From Bifidobacterium breve (GTDB lineage Bacteria; Myxococcota_A; UBA796; SXON01), in contig CALQBK020000002.1 of the NCBI GenBank assembly GCA_943328795.2, positions 2,513 to 66,512 on the forward strand: a stretch of DNA of 64,000 nucleotides. The letters are read 5' to 3'. Positions within the stretch are counted from its first letter, which is position 1; each line of letters begins with the position of its first letter. The notes under the pieces are model-generated. The model had not been told where the DNA came from, did no database searches, and saw only the letters and a program-made list of their open reading frames with translations. This document shows, one piece after another, positions 20,587-29,785 of the stretch. Both the position numbers and the translations under genes were made by a program.

Positions 20587-20604
20587 TGAATGAGGATTCA
20601 TTCA
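20587..20604. promoter_or_regulatory. Candidate operator: TGAATGA-GGAT-TCATTCA palindrome overlapping the fadN ribosome-binding region
   Basis: Perfect 7-bp inverted repeat with a 4-nt spacer, 10 nt upstream of ATG 20614, in an unusually AT-rich stretch. Confidence 0.45.
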
Positions 20605-20613
20605 GGAGTGATC

Positions 20614-23019
20614 ATGGCCCTTCGTAGCATCCGCAAAGTCGCCGTCCTCGGGGCCGGCGTGATGGGGCAGGGCATCGCCGCCCACCTCGCCAATGCCGGC
20701 TTTGACAGCCTGTTGTTCGACATCCCGCCGAAGGGCTACGTCGCCGGGTCTGGCGACCCTCGCGCCGTCGCTAAGGCAGGCGTCGCAAACATCACGAAGC
20801 TCCGCCCCGCCGCGCTCTTCCGCGCCTCGGACACCGCACGCATCGCCCCGTGTGAGTACGAGGCCGACGCCTCGCGGCTCGCCGAGTGCGACCTCGTGAT
20901 CGAGGCCGTCGCCGAGATCCTCACGATCAAGCAAAAGGTGTTCGGCTGGGTCGAGAAGAACCGCAAGCCGGGCGCGGTCGTCGCGTCGAACACCTCCGGG
21001 ATCCCGATCGCGGCGCTGACCGCCGGCTGGTCCGCGGAGATGAAGGCGGACTTCTTGGTCATGCACTTCTTCAACCCGGTCCGCTACATGCGCCTCCTCG
21101 AGCTCGTGGCCGGGCCGGAGACGTCGAGCGACGTGCTGGCGACCATCCACGATTTTGGCGAGCGTTGCCTCGGCAAGGGCGTCGTGTACGGCAAGGACAC
21201 GCCCGCGTTCATCGCGAACCGCGTCGGCACCTTCGGCATGGTGAGCATCTTCAAGCACATGGTCGCTGGCGGCTTCACGGTCGAGCAGGTGGACGCGATC
21301 TGGGGCAAGCCCATGGGGCGCCCCGGCTCAGCGGTGTTCCGCACGGCGGACCTCGTGGGCCTGGACACGCTCGCGCACGTCATCCACGGCGTGCACGACG
21401 GCTGCCCGGGTGACGAGCGGCGCGACGACTTCGTGGTGCCGGCCTTTGTGCAGAAGCTGATCGACGCTGGCTCGCTCGGTGAGAAGTCCGGGATCGGGTT
21501 CTACAAGAAGGTCAAGAACGACGCGGGCAAGAGCGAGATCTTGGCGCTGAACGCCGAGACCGGCGAGTACGTGCCGCAGGGCAAGGTCCGCTTCGACAGC
21601 CTCGGCGCCGCGCGCAAGGCCGAGGGCACGCTCGAGAGCGCCAAGATCATCCTGAACCACTCGGACGCCGCCGGCCAGTTCGCGTGGAAGGTCACGGCGG
21701 ACGTGCTGATCTACGCCGCGAACCGCGTGGGCGAGATCGCCGACGACGTCGTGAACATCGACAACGCGATGAAGTGGGGCTTCGGCTGGGACCATGGTCC
21801 GTTCGAGAGCTGGGACTCGCTCGGCGTCCCGGAGACCGTCGCGCGGCTCGAGGCGGAGGGCCACGTGGTCCCTGCTTGGGTCAAGACGATGCTGGCGTCT
21901 GGCCGCACGAAGTTCTACGATCGCCCGAAGGAGGGCGCGAACGCCGGCCAACGCACGTTCTGGAACGGCGCGATCAGCCGGGTCCCGCAGAGCGACGGGC
22001 AGCTCAAGCTGGACGACCTGCGCGCGAACGGCCGCGAGGTCGAGTCCAACGTCTCGGCGTCGCTCTTCGACCTCGGCGACGGCGTGCTCTGCCTCGAGTT
22101 CCACTCGAAGATGAACGCGCTGGATGACATGATCTTCCCGCTGTACGGCAAGGCGTTGGACATGCTCGATGCGGGCAAGTACGACGCGCTGGTCGTCGGC
22201 AACCAGGGTCACGTGGGCTCGCCCCAGGCGTTCTGCGCCGGCGCCAACCTGCTGATGATCTTGATGGGCGCGATGCAGCAGGACTGGGCCTCGATCGGGA
22301 ACGCGATCTCGGGCATGCAGGGCTTGCTGATGCGCGCGAAGTTCAGCGACAAGCCCGTCGTGACCGCACCGTGGGGCCTCACGCTCGGCGGCGGCGTCGA
22401 GGTGACGATGCACTCGGCGGCGACCCAGGCGGCGGGCGAGCTGTACTGCGGCCTGGTCGAGGTTGGCGTCGGCCTCATCCCCGGCGGTGGCGGCTGCAAG
22501 GAGCTGCTCGCTCGGTACATGGGCGACATCCCCGCGGGCGTCGCGTACGACCCGAACCCGTTCGTGCAGAAGGCGTTCGAGCACATCGGCATGGCCAAGG
22601 TCGCGACGAGCTGCGAGGAGGCCCGCGACGCTGGGTTCTTGCGCGCCTCCGACCGCGTCACGCTCGACCCCGATCGCCTGATCGGGGACGCGAAGAAGGT
22701 CGCGCTCGGCCTCGTCGCCGGCGGCTACAAGGCGCCCCGGCCCAAGACCTTCCGGCTGCCCGGGGCCTCCGGCCGCGCGGCGATCGAGGCGTTCCTCAAC
22801 CAGATGCGCGCCGGCGGCTATGCGACGCCGCACGACGTCACGGTCGGGAAGAAGCTCGCGTACGTGATGACGGGCGGCAACTGTCCGGCCGGTGCGGTGC
22901 GCACTGAGCAAGACATCTTGGACCTCGAGAAGGAGGTCTTCCTCCAGCTCTGCGGGGACCCCAACACGCTGGCCCGTATCCAGCACATGCTCGAGAAGGG
23001 CAAGCCCCTCCGGAACTAG
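20614..23019 (+). CDS. fadN: 3-hydroxyacyl-CoA dehydrogenase / enoyl-CoA hydratase fusion (dehydrogenase N-terminal, FadN-type)
   Basis: NAD fold KVAVLGAGVMGQGIA at the N-terminus, crotonase-fold C-terminal half (AFCAGANL...). AGGAG upstream of ATG 20614. Followed by a thiolase. Confidence 0.93.
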   Translation: MALRSIRKVAVLGAGVMGQGIAAHLANAGFDSLLFDIPPKGYVAGSGDPRAVAKAGVANITKLRPAALFRASDTARIAPCEYEADASRLAECDLVIEAVAEILTIKQKVFGWVEKNRKPGAVVASNTSGIPIAALTAGWSAEMKADFLVMHFFNPVRYMRLLELVAGPETSSDVLATIHDFGERCLGKGVVYGKDTPAFIANRVGTFGMVSIFKHMVAGGFTVEQVDAIWGKPMGRPGSAVFRTADLVGLDTLAHVIHGVHDGCPGDERRDDFVVPAFVQKLIDAGSLGEKSGIGFYKKVKNDAGKSEILALNAETGEYVPQGKVRFDSLGAARKAEGTLESAKIILNHSDAAGQFAWKVTADVLIYAANRVGEIADDVVNIDNAMKWGFGWDHGPFESWDSLGVPETVARLEAEGHVVPAWVKTMLASGRTKFYDRPKEGANAGQRTFWNGAISRVPQSDGQLKLDDLRANGREVESNVSASLFDLGDGVLCLEFHSKMNALDDMIFPLYGKALDMLDAGKYDALVVGNQGHVGSPQAFCAGANLLMILMGAMQQDWASIGNAISGMQGLLMRAKFSDKPVVTAPWGLTLGGGVEVTMHSAATQAAGELYCGLVEVGVGLIPGGGGCKELLARYMGDIPAGVAYDPNPFVQKAFEHIGMAKVATSCEEARDAGFLRASDRVTLDPDRLIGDAKKVALGLVAGGYKAPRPKTFRLPGASGRAAIEAFLNQMRAGGYATPHDVTVGKKLAYVMTGGNCPAGAVRTEQDILDLEKEVFLQLCGDPNTLARIQHMLEKGKPLRN

Positions 23020-23073
23020 CGGCTGCTCGCCCGCACCTCAACCCCCCTTTTCTTGTGATCCCAGGAGTTTCCC

Positions 23074-24237
23074 ATGCGTGAAGTCGTCATCTGCGCAGCC
23101 GTTCGCTCGGCCGTCGGCAAAAGCGGTCGCGGCAGCCTCAAGGATACCCGTCCCGACGACATCCTCGGGCAGGTCATGAAGGGCGCGCTCGCCCGTGTCC
23201 CGAACCTCGACCCCGCCGCGATCGACGACGTGATCATCGGCACCGCGACGCCCGAGGCCGAGCAAGGCATGAACGTCGCTCGCATCGCGAGCATGATCGC
23301 GGGTCTCCCGGACACCGTCCCCGGCGTGACCATCAACCGCTTCTGCTCGTCCGGGTTGCAGTCGCTCGCGCAGGGCGCGGCGGCGATCGCGGCGGGCTGG
23401 CAAGACATCGCGCTCACGGGCGGCGTCGAGAGCATGAGCGTGCTCCCGATGGGCGGGCAGAAGTTGAGCCCGAACCCGGGGTTGGTCGAGCGTCGGCCCG
23501 AGGCGTACACGCCGATGGGCATCACCGCCGAGCTCGTCGCCGCGAAGTACAACGTCTCCCGCGTCGACCAGGACGCGTTCGCCGTCCGCTCGCACCAGAA
23601 GGCCATCGCCGCGATCCAGGGCGGCCGGTTCGTCGACGAGATCATCCCGGTCGAGACGCAAGTCGCGATCGACGGCGCGTGGAAGCCGATCACGTTCGTT
23701 GGGGACGAGGGCCCGCGCGCCGACACCTCGGCCGAGGGCTTGGCCAAGCTCAAGCCGGCGTTCAAGGTCGACGGTTCGGTCACGGCGGGCAACTCGTCGC
23801 AGACGAGCGACGGCGCGGGTGTGACGATCATCGCGGCGCGCGAGGTCGCTGAGCGGCTCGGGCTGCCGATCATCGGCATCCTGCGCAGCTACCAGGTCGC
23901 GGGCGTGCCGCCGGAGATCATGGGCATCGGCCCGATCGCCGCGATCCCCAAGGCGTTGGCGAAGGCCGGGCTGAAGAAGGAAGACATCGGCCTCATCGAG
24001 CTCAACGAGGCGTTCGCGGCGCAGTCGCTGGCGTGCGTGCGCGAGCTTGACCTGGACCCGGAGATCATCAACGTCAACGGCGGGGCCATCGCGCTCGGCC
24101 ACCCGCTGGGCTGCACGGGCGCCAAGCTGGTCGCGACGCTGCTGCACGAGATGCCGAGGCGGAACGCCCGCTATGGGCTCGTGAGCATGTGCATCGGTGG
24201 GGGGATGGGGGCCGCAGCGGTCATCGACCGCGCGTAG
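23074..24237 (+). CDS. fadA: Acetyl-CoA C-acyltransferase (thiolase)
   Basis: Thiolase blocks INRFCSSGLQS (active Cys), NEAFAAQ, NVNGGAIALGHPLGCTGA, CIGGGMG. Confidence 0.96.
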   Translation: MREVVICAAVRSAVGKSGRGSLKDTRPDDILGQVMKGALARVPNLDPAAIDDVIIGTATPEAEQGMNVARIASMIAGLPDTVPGVTINRFCSSGLQSLAQGAAAIAAGWQDIALTGGVESMSVLPMGGQKLSPNPGLVERRPEAYTPMGITAELVAAKYNVSRVDQDAFAVRSHQKAIAAIQGGRFVDEIIPVETQVAIDGAWKPITFVGDEGPRADTSAEGLAKLKPAFKVDGSVTAGNSSQTSDGAGVTIIAAREVAERLGLPIIGILRSYQVAGVPPEIMGIGPIAAIPKALAKAGLKKEDIGLIELNEAFAAQSLACVRELDLDPEIINVNGGAIALGHPLGCTGAKLVATLLHEMPRRNARYGLVSMCIGGGMGAAAVIDRA

Positions 24238-24304
24238 CGCGGCTCGATGACCGCAAGGCCGCGGAGCCAAGCGCGGCTCGAACGCGGCGGCGTTAGCTAC
24301 GCTC

Positions 24305-25009
24305 GTGTCCTCCGTTGGCGATGAGCCCACTCATGAGTCCGCCGTCGAAGACCCGGCGCCGCGCAGCGGCGTGCATCTCGCCATCGACCTGTACACGTCC
24401 TTTCCGACGTTGGTCGGCGCGAAGACCACCCTCGAGGTGCCGGGGCGCATCCGGTTCAGCCTCTCGGGGGGAGTGCTTCCCGCGGTCTACTTGTCGGCGA
24501 TCGACGACTACGGCGTGCGGGAGGGCTGGTACGACCGCGAGACGGCAGACCTGATCGAGGCCGTGCTTCACAACTCCCTGCTCGTGTCCGCGCACGTCGG
24601 CTGGCGGCCCTTCTCGAAGGCCGGGCTGCAGCTCGAGGGCGGGTACGGGTTCATCGGGCTCGGCGGCGGGCTCACCGGCGCCCAGGTGCTCGGCGAGGCC
24701 AGCGGCTACGACATGTCCTGGCTGCCGGACACCGGGCTGAATTACGTGACCAGCGCTGGGCTGCACCGCGTGGAGGCCAGCGCCGGGTGGGAGTTTGTGA
24801 TTAAGACGCACGTGCACGTCCAGCTCGACCTGGGGTACTCGCGCACGATCGCCGCCAAGACAGCCGTAGACCCGGACTTCGAGGTGCCGTGGCTCTTGGA
24901 GGACACCGAGGCCCACATGGAGCGCCAGGCCGAGGAGGCGCTGCACGACAAGCTGGTCGCCTACATGCACTCGCCGATCCTCGCGATCGGCGCGGGCTGG
25001 CGGTTTTAG
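24305..25009 (+). CDS. Hypothetical beta-rich protein (OMP-like C-terminus, no signal peptide visible)
   Basis: Alternating-residue strands and terminal ...AIGAGWRF. GTG start. Absence of a signal peptide lowers confidence. Confidence 0.4.
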   Translation: MSSVGDEPTHESAVEDPAPRSGVHLAIDLYTSFPTLVGAKTTLEVPGRIRFSLSGGVLPAVYLSAIDDYGVREGWYDRETADLIEAVLHNSLLVSAHVGWRPFSKAGLQLEGGYGFIGLGGGLTGAQVLGEASGYDMSWLPDTGLNYVTSAGLHRVEASAGWEFVIKTHVHVQLDLGYSRTIAAKTAVDPDFEVPWLLEDTEAHMERQAEEALHDKLVAYMHSPILAIGAGWRF

Positions 25010-25102
25010 CGCCGAACGGGCGTACTCCCGGCTACCACCGCCCCACCCCCCCGTAGACCCGCCGCCTCGCACCCTGTACGTTGTGGCACCGTAAGGGCTG
25101 TC

Positions 25103-26362
25103 ATGTACTTCGGCCGCATCCCCCGCTTCAGCCCGAGCTTCTCGTTGAAGGACGCGATCACCTCCGCGCGGCTGATCGCCCGTCCCCCCGCAGACGCCCC
25201 GCGCGTGCACGAATTCGAGCAGGAGTTCGCAAAATTCATCGGGGTCAAGCACGCGATCATGACCCCGAGCGCGCGGTACGCGTTCTACCTGATCCTGCAG
25301 GCGTACGGCATCGGCGCTGGCGACGAGGTCGTGATCCCGGGGCTCACCTACTTCGCGATCCCGTCGATCGCGGTCACGGCGGGCGTCACGCCGGTGTTCG
25401 CGGACGTCGGCCTGCGCACGCACGTGTTGGACCCAGCGGCGTTCGAGGCTGCGATCACCTCGAAGACGCGCGCGGTGGTCCCGACCCACCTGTACGGCAC
25501 GCCCTGCGATCTCGACGCCATCGGCGCGATCGCGAAGCGCCACGGGATCAAGGTCATCGAAGACTGCGCGCAGTCGACCGGCGCCCGGTACAAGGGACGG
25601 CGCGTGGGCTCGTTTGGGGACGCCGCGTACTACACGTTCGGCCTCACGAAGAACATGACGACGCTCACCGGCGCGATGGTGACGACCAGCGACGACCAAG
25701 TCGCCGAGCGGATCCGCGCTGAGATCGACAGCGGCGCGCCGGCCGCGTTGTCGCGCGCGCGCAAGGAAGCCGTCACGGGCCTCGCGATGAAGGTCGCGAC
25801 GCACCCGTTCGTGTACCCGCTCACGCTCCACCCGGTGATCGTGCTCGGCAACCGCTTCGGCGACGACCCGATCCACGAGCGCTTCGGCGAGCCGGAGGTG
25901 CTGTACGCCGAGCTGCCCAAGAGCTTCCGTCAGAACCGCCCGCGGGCCGTCCAAGCGGCGGTCGGCCTGCAGCAGTTGGCGCGGGTCGATGGGCTGAACG
26001 CCGCCCGGGCCCGGAACGGCCGGTTCTTGGACGAGCACCTCGCGCACGTCCCGAACCTGCTGGTGCCTGCGTACCCCGAGGGCGCCGAGCCCATCTACAT
26101 GAGCTTCGTGGTCCACCACGAGCGGCGGGACGACTTGAGCGCGGCGCTGCGGGCGCGCGGGGTCGACACCACCACCGGGTACATGAACGACTGCTCCGAT
26201 CACCCGCTGTTCCCGCAGTTCCGCCGGCCGTGCGCGAACGCCGCGGAGATCAAGCGCACGCAGCTGCACATCCCTGTGCACCCCAGCCTCGACGAACGTG
26301 ACCTGGCGCACATGGTCGAGGCCGTGCGGTCGGCGTGCCTGGCGCTTGGGAGAGCCGCGTGA
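25103..26362 (+). CDS. DegT/DnrJ/EryC1/StrS-family PLP-dependent aminotransferase
   Basis: FEQEFAKFIG, DEVVIPGLTYFA, HLYGTPCDLDAI..., IEDCAQS, FGLTKNMTT (PLP Lys). Confidence 0.9.
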   Translation: MYFGRIPRFSPSFSLKDAITSARLIARPPADAPRVHEFEQEFAKFIGVKHAIMTPSARYAFYLILQAYGIGAGDEVVIPGLTYFAIPSIAVTAGVTPVFADVGLRTHVLDPAAFEAAITSKTRAVVPTHLYGTPCDLDAIGAIAKRHGIKVIEDCAQSTGARYKGRRVGSFGDAAYYTFGLTKNMTTLTGAMVTTSDDQVAERIRAEIDSGAPAALSRARKEAVTGLAMKVATHPFVYPLTLHPVIVLGNRFGDDPIHERFGEPEVLYAELPKSFRQNRPRAVQAAVGLQQLARVDGLNAARARNGRFLDEHLAHVPNLLVPAYPEGAEPIYMSFVVHHERRDDLSAALRARGVDTTTGYMNDCSDHPLFPQFRRPCANAAEIKRTQLHIPVHPSLDERDLAHMVEAVRSACLALGRAA

Positions 26363-27417
26363 CCACCTCCGGGCGCGCCACCCCGCGCGGGCCCTACTTC
26401 CGCGGCGCGATCGGCGCGTTGCGGTACCGGCTCACCGGTCACCGGATGCCGTTGGCGCTGACAGCGCGCGTCACGTGGCGATGCGACGCGTTGTGCGCCG
26501 GGTGCGGGATGCCGAACGTCGCGAAGCCCGAGCTCACCACGGCGGAGTGGGTGAGCGTACTGGACGAGGCCGCGGCGCTCGGCTGCGTGCGCGTTTGCTT
26601 CACGGGCGGCGAGCCGCTGCTCCGGGACGACATCGGCGACCTCGTCGATCGCTGCGCCTCGCTCGGCATCGCGAGCACGCTCGAGACCAACGGCGGCCGG
26701 CTGCCCCAGCGCGCGCGGTTCTTGCGGTCGCTCGGGCAGGTGCTCGTCCCCGTGGAGGCGGGCGCCGATGCCCATGACGGGGTGCACGAGCCCGGCAGCC
26801 ACGCAGCGGCGCTCGCGGGCCTGCGCGCCGCCCACGACGCTGGGATCCCCGTCAGCACGGTGACGACCCTGTGTACGAAGAACAGGCGGGTGGCCGATCT
26901 CGAGGCGGTGCTGGACGTCGCCGAGTCGCTCGGCGGTACGGCGCTGTTCCAGCTGTTGCACGCCGAGGCGCCGTTGGCGTCGCGCGGAGCGCGCCGGATG
27001 CGGCTCGAGCCGGACGAACTGAAGAAGATCCTCGGCTGGCTCGCCGCTGCCCAGCGGAGCGGGCGGTCGGTCGGCATGTCCGCCCGCACCCTGCGGTACC
27101 TCCAGACCTGGCCGGACCTGCGCGAGATCGTCAGCTCCGCGCCACACGAGGACGTGCACTGCAGCGCGGGCAACCTGCACTGCGTCGTCGATGCCGATGG
27201 CGGCGTGTTGCCCTGCGTGCTCCGGCCGACCGCCGGGGCGCCGAGCGTGCGGGACGGTGGGTTCGCCGCCGCGTTCGGCGCGCTGCTCGACCAGCCCTGC
27301 CGCGCGTGTGCGGTCGCTCCGCTGGTGGAGTACAACTACCTCTTCAACTTGGACCGGGGGGCGGTGCGTGAGCGCCTCGCCCGGGTCCGCACCCCCATCT
27401 CCCGGAGCGCAGCGTGA
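26359..27417 (+). CDS. Radical SAM protein with SPASM/twitch-like C-terminal Cys cluster
   Basis: CX3CX2C = CDALCAGC, GGEPLL. C-terminal C-SAGNLHC...LPC...CRAC. GTG start overlaps the DegT stop (GTGA 26359-26362). Confidence 0.85.
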   Translation: MTTSGRATPRGPYFRGAIGALRYRLTGHRMPLALTARVTWRCDALCAGCGMPNVAKPELTTAEWVSVLDEAAALGCVRVCFTGGEPLLRDDIGDLVDRCASLGIASTLETNGGRLPQRARFLRSLGQVLVPVEAGADAHDGVHEPGSHAAALAGLRAAHDAGIPVSTVTTLCTKNRRVADLEAVLDVAESLGGTALFQLLHAEAPLASRGARRMRLEPDELKKILGWLAAAQRSGRSVGMSARTLRYLQTWPDLREIVSSAPHEDVHCSAGNLHCVVDADGGVLPCVLRPTAGAPSVRDGGFAAAFGALLDQPCRACAVAPLVEYNYLFNLDRGAVRERLARVRTPISRSAA

Positions 27418-28592
27418 AGCTCGGTACCTCGCAGACCGTGCGCATCGCGCGCGCTTTCGTCACCCGTCGCGTGCCCGTTTACGCGCACTTCGGGATCACC
27501 CACCGGTGCAACCTGACGTGCAAGATGTGCGGCATCTGGCGCTACGGCAACCGCAAGGAGGAGCTGGACCTCGGCGAGATCGACCAGATGGCCAAGCGCA
27601 TGGCGCGGCTCGGCGTCGTACAGCTCTCGATTGGCGGGGGAGAGCCGTTCTCGTGTGAGTACCTCGAGGACGCTGCGGGGCTGTTCGTCAAGGCCGGGCT
27701 GAACGTGCGGGTGCTGACCAACGGCGTCGGCGTACCGCCCGAGCGCATCGAGAAGTGTGTCAAGAACGGCGTCCGCAACTTCTCGATCTCGCTCGACTCG
27801 CTCTACCGCGAGCGGTTCGACTACATCTGCGAGAAAGAGGGCAGCTGGGACGACGCGGTCGGGTCGATGGCGCTGATCTCCCGGCTCCTGGCCGAGACGA
27901 AGGGCGGCGAGCACGGCTTGCCGAGCATCAACTGCGTGGTCTCGAACCTGAACCTGGAGGAGCTGCCCGACATCGTGCGGTTCGCGAAGGCGATCGGCTT
28001 CCACGTCAGCTTCTTGCCGGTCGAGCTCTTGGCGGACCCGAAGGACGGCGTGCGCAACTGGGAGGCGCGGTTCGTCCGCTACCGGCCCGAGATGGCCGTG
28101 GACACCAACGCCGAGAACGTGAACACCCGCATCGACGCCGCTTACGACACGCTCGTGCGGATGAAGCGCGAGGGCTGGCCGATCCTGAACAGCACGCCGT
28201 ACCTGGAGGCGAGCCGGAACTACCTGAAGACCGGGCGGTTCCCGGCCGAGGGGTGCGACGCCGGGCGGCTGTACTTCAGCGTCGCGCCGAACGGCCAGTT
28301 CACGATCTGCCACCGCACTGAGCAGCAACACCTGCACTTCCTGGACCCGAAGTTCGAGGAGTACTGGAACAGCGAGCTGTACGAGCGCCGCCGGCAGATG
28401 GAGGCCGGCAGCTGCGAGGGGTGCATGCGCGCCTGCTGGATCGACACCAGCTACATGTTCCGCACGATGGAGGGCTTCTTCGAGACGGTCAAGATGGCCG
28501 GACTGCCCCGTCGGCGGGTTGGCGTCAGCTGGCCGGAGGCGCGGGCCTGGGCGCGGTCGGACGCTTCGCCGCAGTACGCGATCGCGAAGTAG
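27414..28592 (+). CDS. Radical SAM protein with SPASM-like C-terminal Cys cluster (second, non-identical)
   Basis: CX3CX2C = CNLTCKMC, GGGEPF. C-terminal GCDAG...FTIC...SCEGCMRAC. GTG start overlaps the preceding stop (GTGA 27414-27417). Confidence 0.9.
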   Translation: MKLGTSQTVRIARAFVTRRVPVYAHFGITHRCNLTCKMCGIWRYGNRKEELDLGEIDQMAKRMARLGVVQLSIGGGEPFSCEYLEDAAGLFVKAGLNVRVLTNGVGVPPERIEKCVKNGVRNFSISLDSLYRERFDYICEKEGSWDDAVGSMALISRLLAETKGGEHGLPSINCVVSNLNLEELPDIVRFAKAIGFHVSFLPVELLADPKDGVRNWEARFVRYRPEMAVDTNAENVNTRIDAAYDTLVRMKREGWPILNSTPYLEASRNYLKTGRFPAEGCDAGRLYFSVAPNGQFTICHRTEQQHLHFLDPKFEEYWNSELYERRRQMEAGSCEGCMRACWIDTSYMFRTMEGFFETVKMAGLPRRRVGVSWPEARAWARSDASPQYAIAK

Positions 28593-28600
28593 GGTGGCGC

Positions 28601-28996
28601 ATGCTGCTAGTGCTGGCGACGCTTGCCAGGGCGACTGAGCCGACGCCGCTGCCCCGGACGCGGACGGCCCTCGTATTGATCAACACCGGGGCCATCGCCA
28701 CCGCCGCGGGCGCGGTGACACTCGGCGTTGGCGCGTGGTTGTTCACCAGCCCGTTTGCGCAGGATGGCGAGGGCTGCATCCCGCCGCGGCTTCAGGGGCA
28801 AAGTGCGTGCGGCCCCTACACGCTCTGGACGGGCCTGGCGCTCGGCACTGCCGGCGTCGCTGCGATGACGCTGTCGTTCCCGTTGGTGGAGGTCGGCCTC
28901 CGGCTCCCGCGGGAGCACTCCCAGGGCGGGGAGGAGACCGGCTCCATCTACGTAGAGGCTGGAGCGAACGGCCTGCGCCTCCATGGCACCTTCTGA
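28601..28996 (+). CDS. Hypothetical small membrane protein
   Basis: ATG 9 nt after the radical SAM stop. Two to three hydrophobic helices (ALVLINTGAIATAAGAVTLGVGAWLF; LWTGLALGTAGVAAMTLSF). Confidence 0.45.
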   Translation: MLLVLATLARATEPTPLPRTRTALVLINTGAIATAAGAVTLGVGAWLFTSPFAQDGEGCIPPRLQGQSACGPYTLWTGLALGTAGVAAMTLSFPLVEVGLRLPREHSQGGEETGSIYVEAGANGLRLHGTF

Positions 28997-29005
28997 ACCT
29001 GGCCG

Positions 29006-29785
29006 CTAGCGCCGCGCCACCAGCGCGACCCGCGCCTGCCGGACCGGCTTGACCACGATCTCGTCGATGTTGACATGCGCGGGGCGGGACACCGCGAAGT
29101 GCACCAAGTCGGCGATGTCGGCCGCCACGAGGGGGTCGATCCCGGCGTACGGCTTCTTCGCCTTCTCAACGTCGCCATCGAAGCGCACGACGCTGAACTC
29201 GGTCTCGACGAGCCCCGCGTTGATCTCGGTGATCCGGATGGGCTCGCCGTGGAGCTCGAGCCGCAGCGTCTGCGAGATCGCCCGCACGGCGTGCTTGGAC
29301 GCGGCGTACCCGCCGCCTCCAACGTAGGTCTCGAACCCGGCGATGCTGCCGATGTTGACGATGTGCGCGTGGCCCTCGACGTCGCCGCGGGGGGTGGCCC
29401 GGGGGACCCCGCACGCGCGACGCAGGGCCGGGAGCAGGGCCTGGGTGACGCGGTAGAGCCCGAACACGTTGGTCTCGAACATCTCCCGCCAGTGCGCCTC
29501 GGGCGCGTCCTCGATCTTCCCGAGGCCGCGGGAGAGCCCCGCGTTGTTGACCAGCACGTGCAAGGGGCGGCCCCCGACGTGGGCGGCCAGCGCGCTCACG
29601 CTGGCGGGGTCCGTCACATCCAACGCCACGGCCTCGACGCGGCCCGGCGCCAGGTCGGCGGCCAGCGCCTGGACGCGCTCCAGCCGACGCGCGCCTGCGA
29701 CCACGGTGTACCCGAGCTCCACGAGCCTCCGCACGGACTCGGCGCCGATCCCGCTCGACGCCCCGGTGACGACCGCGAGCTCCAT
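29006..29785 (-). CDS. Short-chain dehydrogenase/reductase (SDR)
   Basis: TGASSGIG, NNAG, Y-x3-K (YAASKHAV). ATG shares one base with the upstream TGA (TGATG at 29783-29787). Confidence 0.92.
   Translation of the reverse strand: MELAVVTGASSGIGAESVRRLVELGYTVVAGARRLERVQALAADLAPGRVEAVALDVTDPASVSALAAHVGGRPLHVLVNNAGLSRGLGKIEDAPEAHWREMFETNVFGLYRVTQALLPALRRACGVPRATPRGDVEGHAHIVNIGSIAGFETYVGGGGYAASKHAVRAISQTLRLELHGEPIRITEINAGLVETEFSVVRFDGDVEKAKKPYAGIDPLVAADIADLVHFAVSRPAHVNIDEIVVKPVRQARVALVARR

Noticed and set aside
21328-26311. Long minus-strand ORFs 21328-22986 and 24293-26311
   Set aside because: They are antisense to fadN and to the DegT aminotransferase respectively. They are Arg/Val/Asp/Gly-rich with no motifs.
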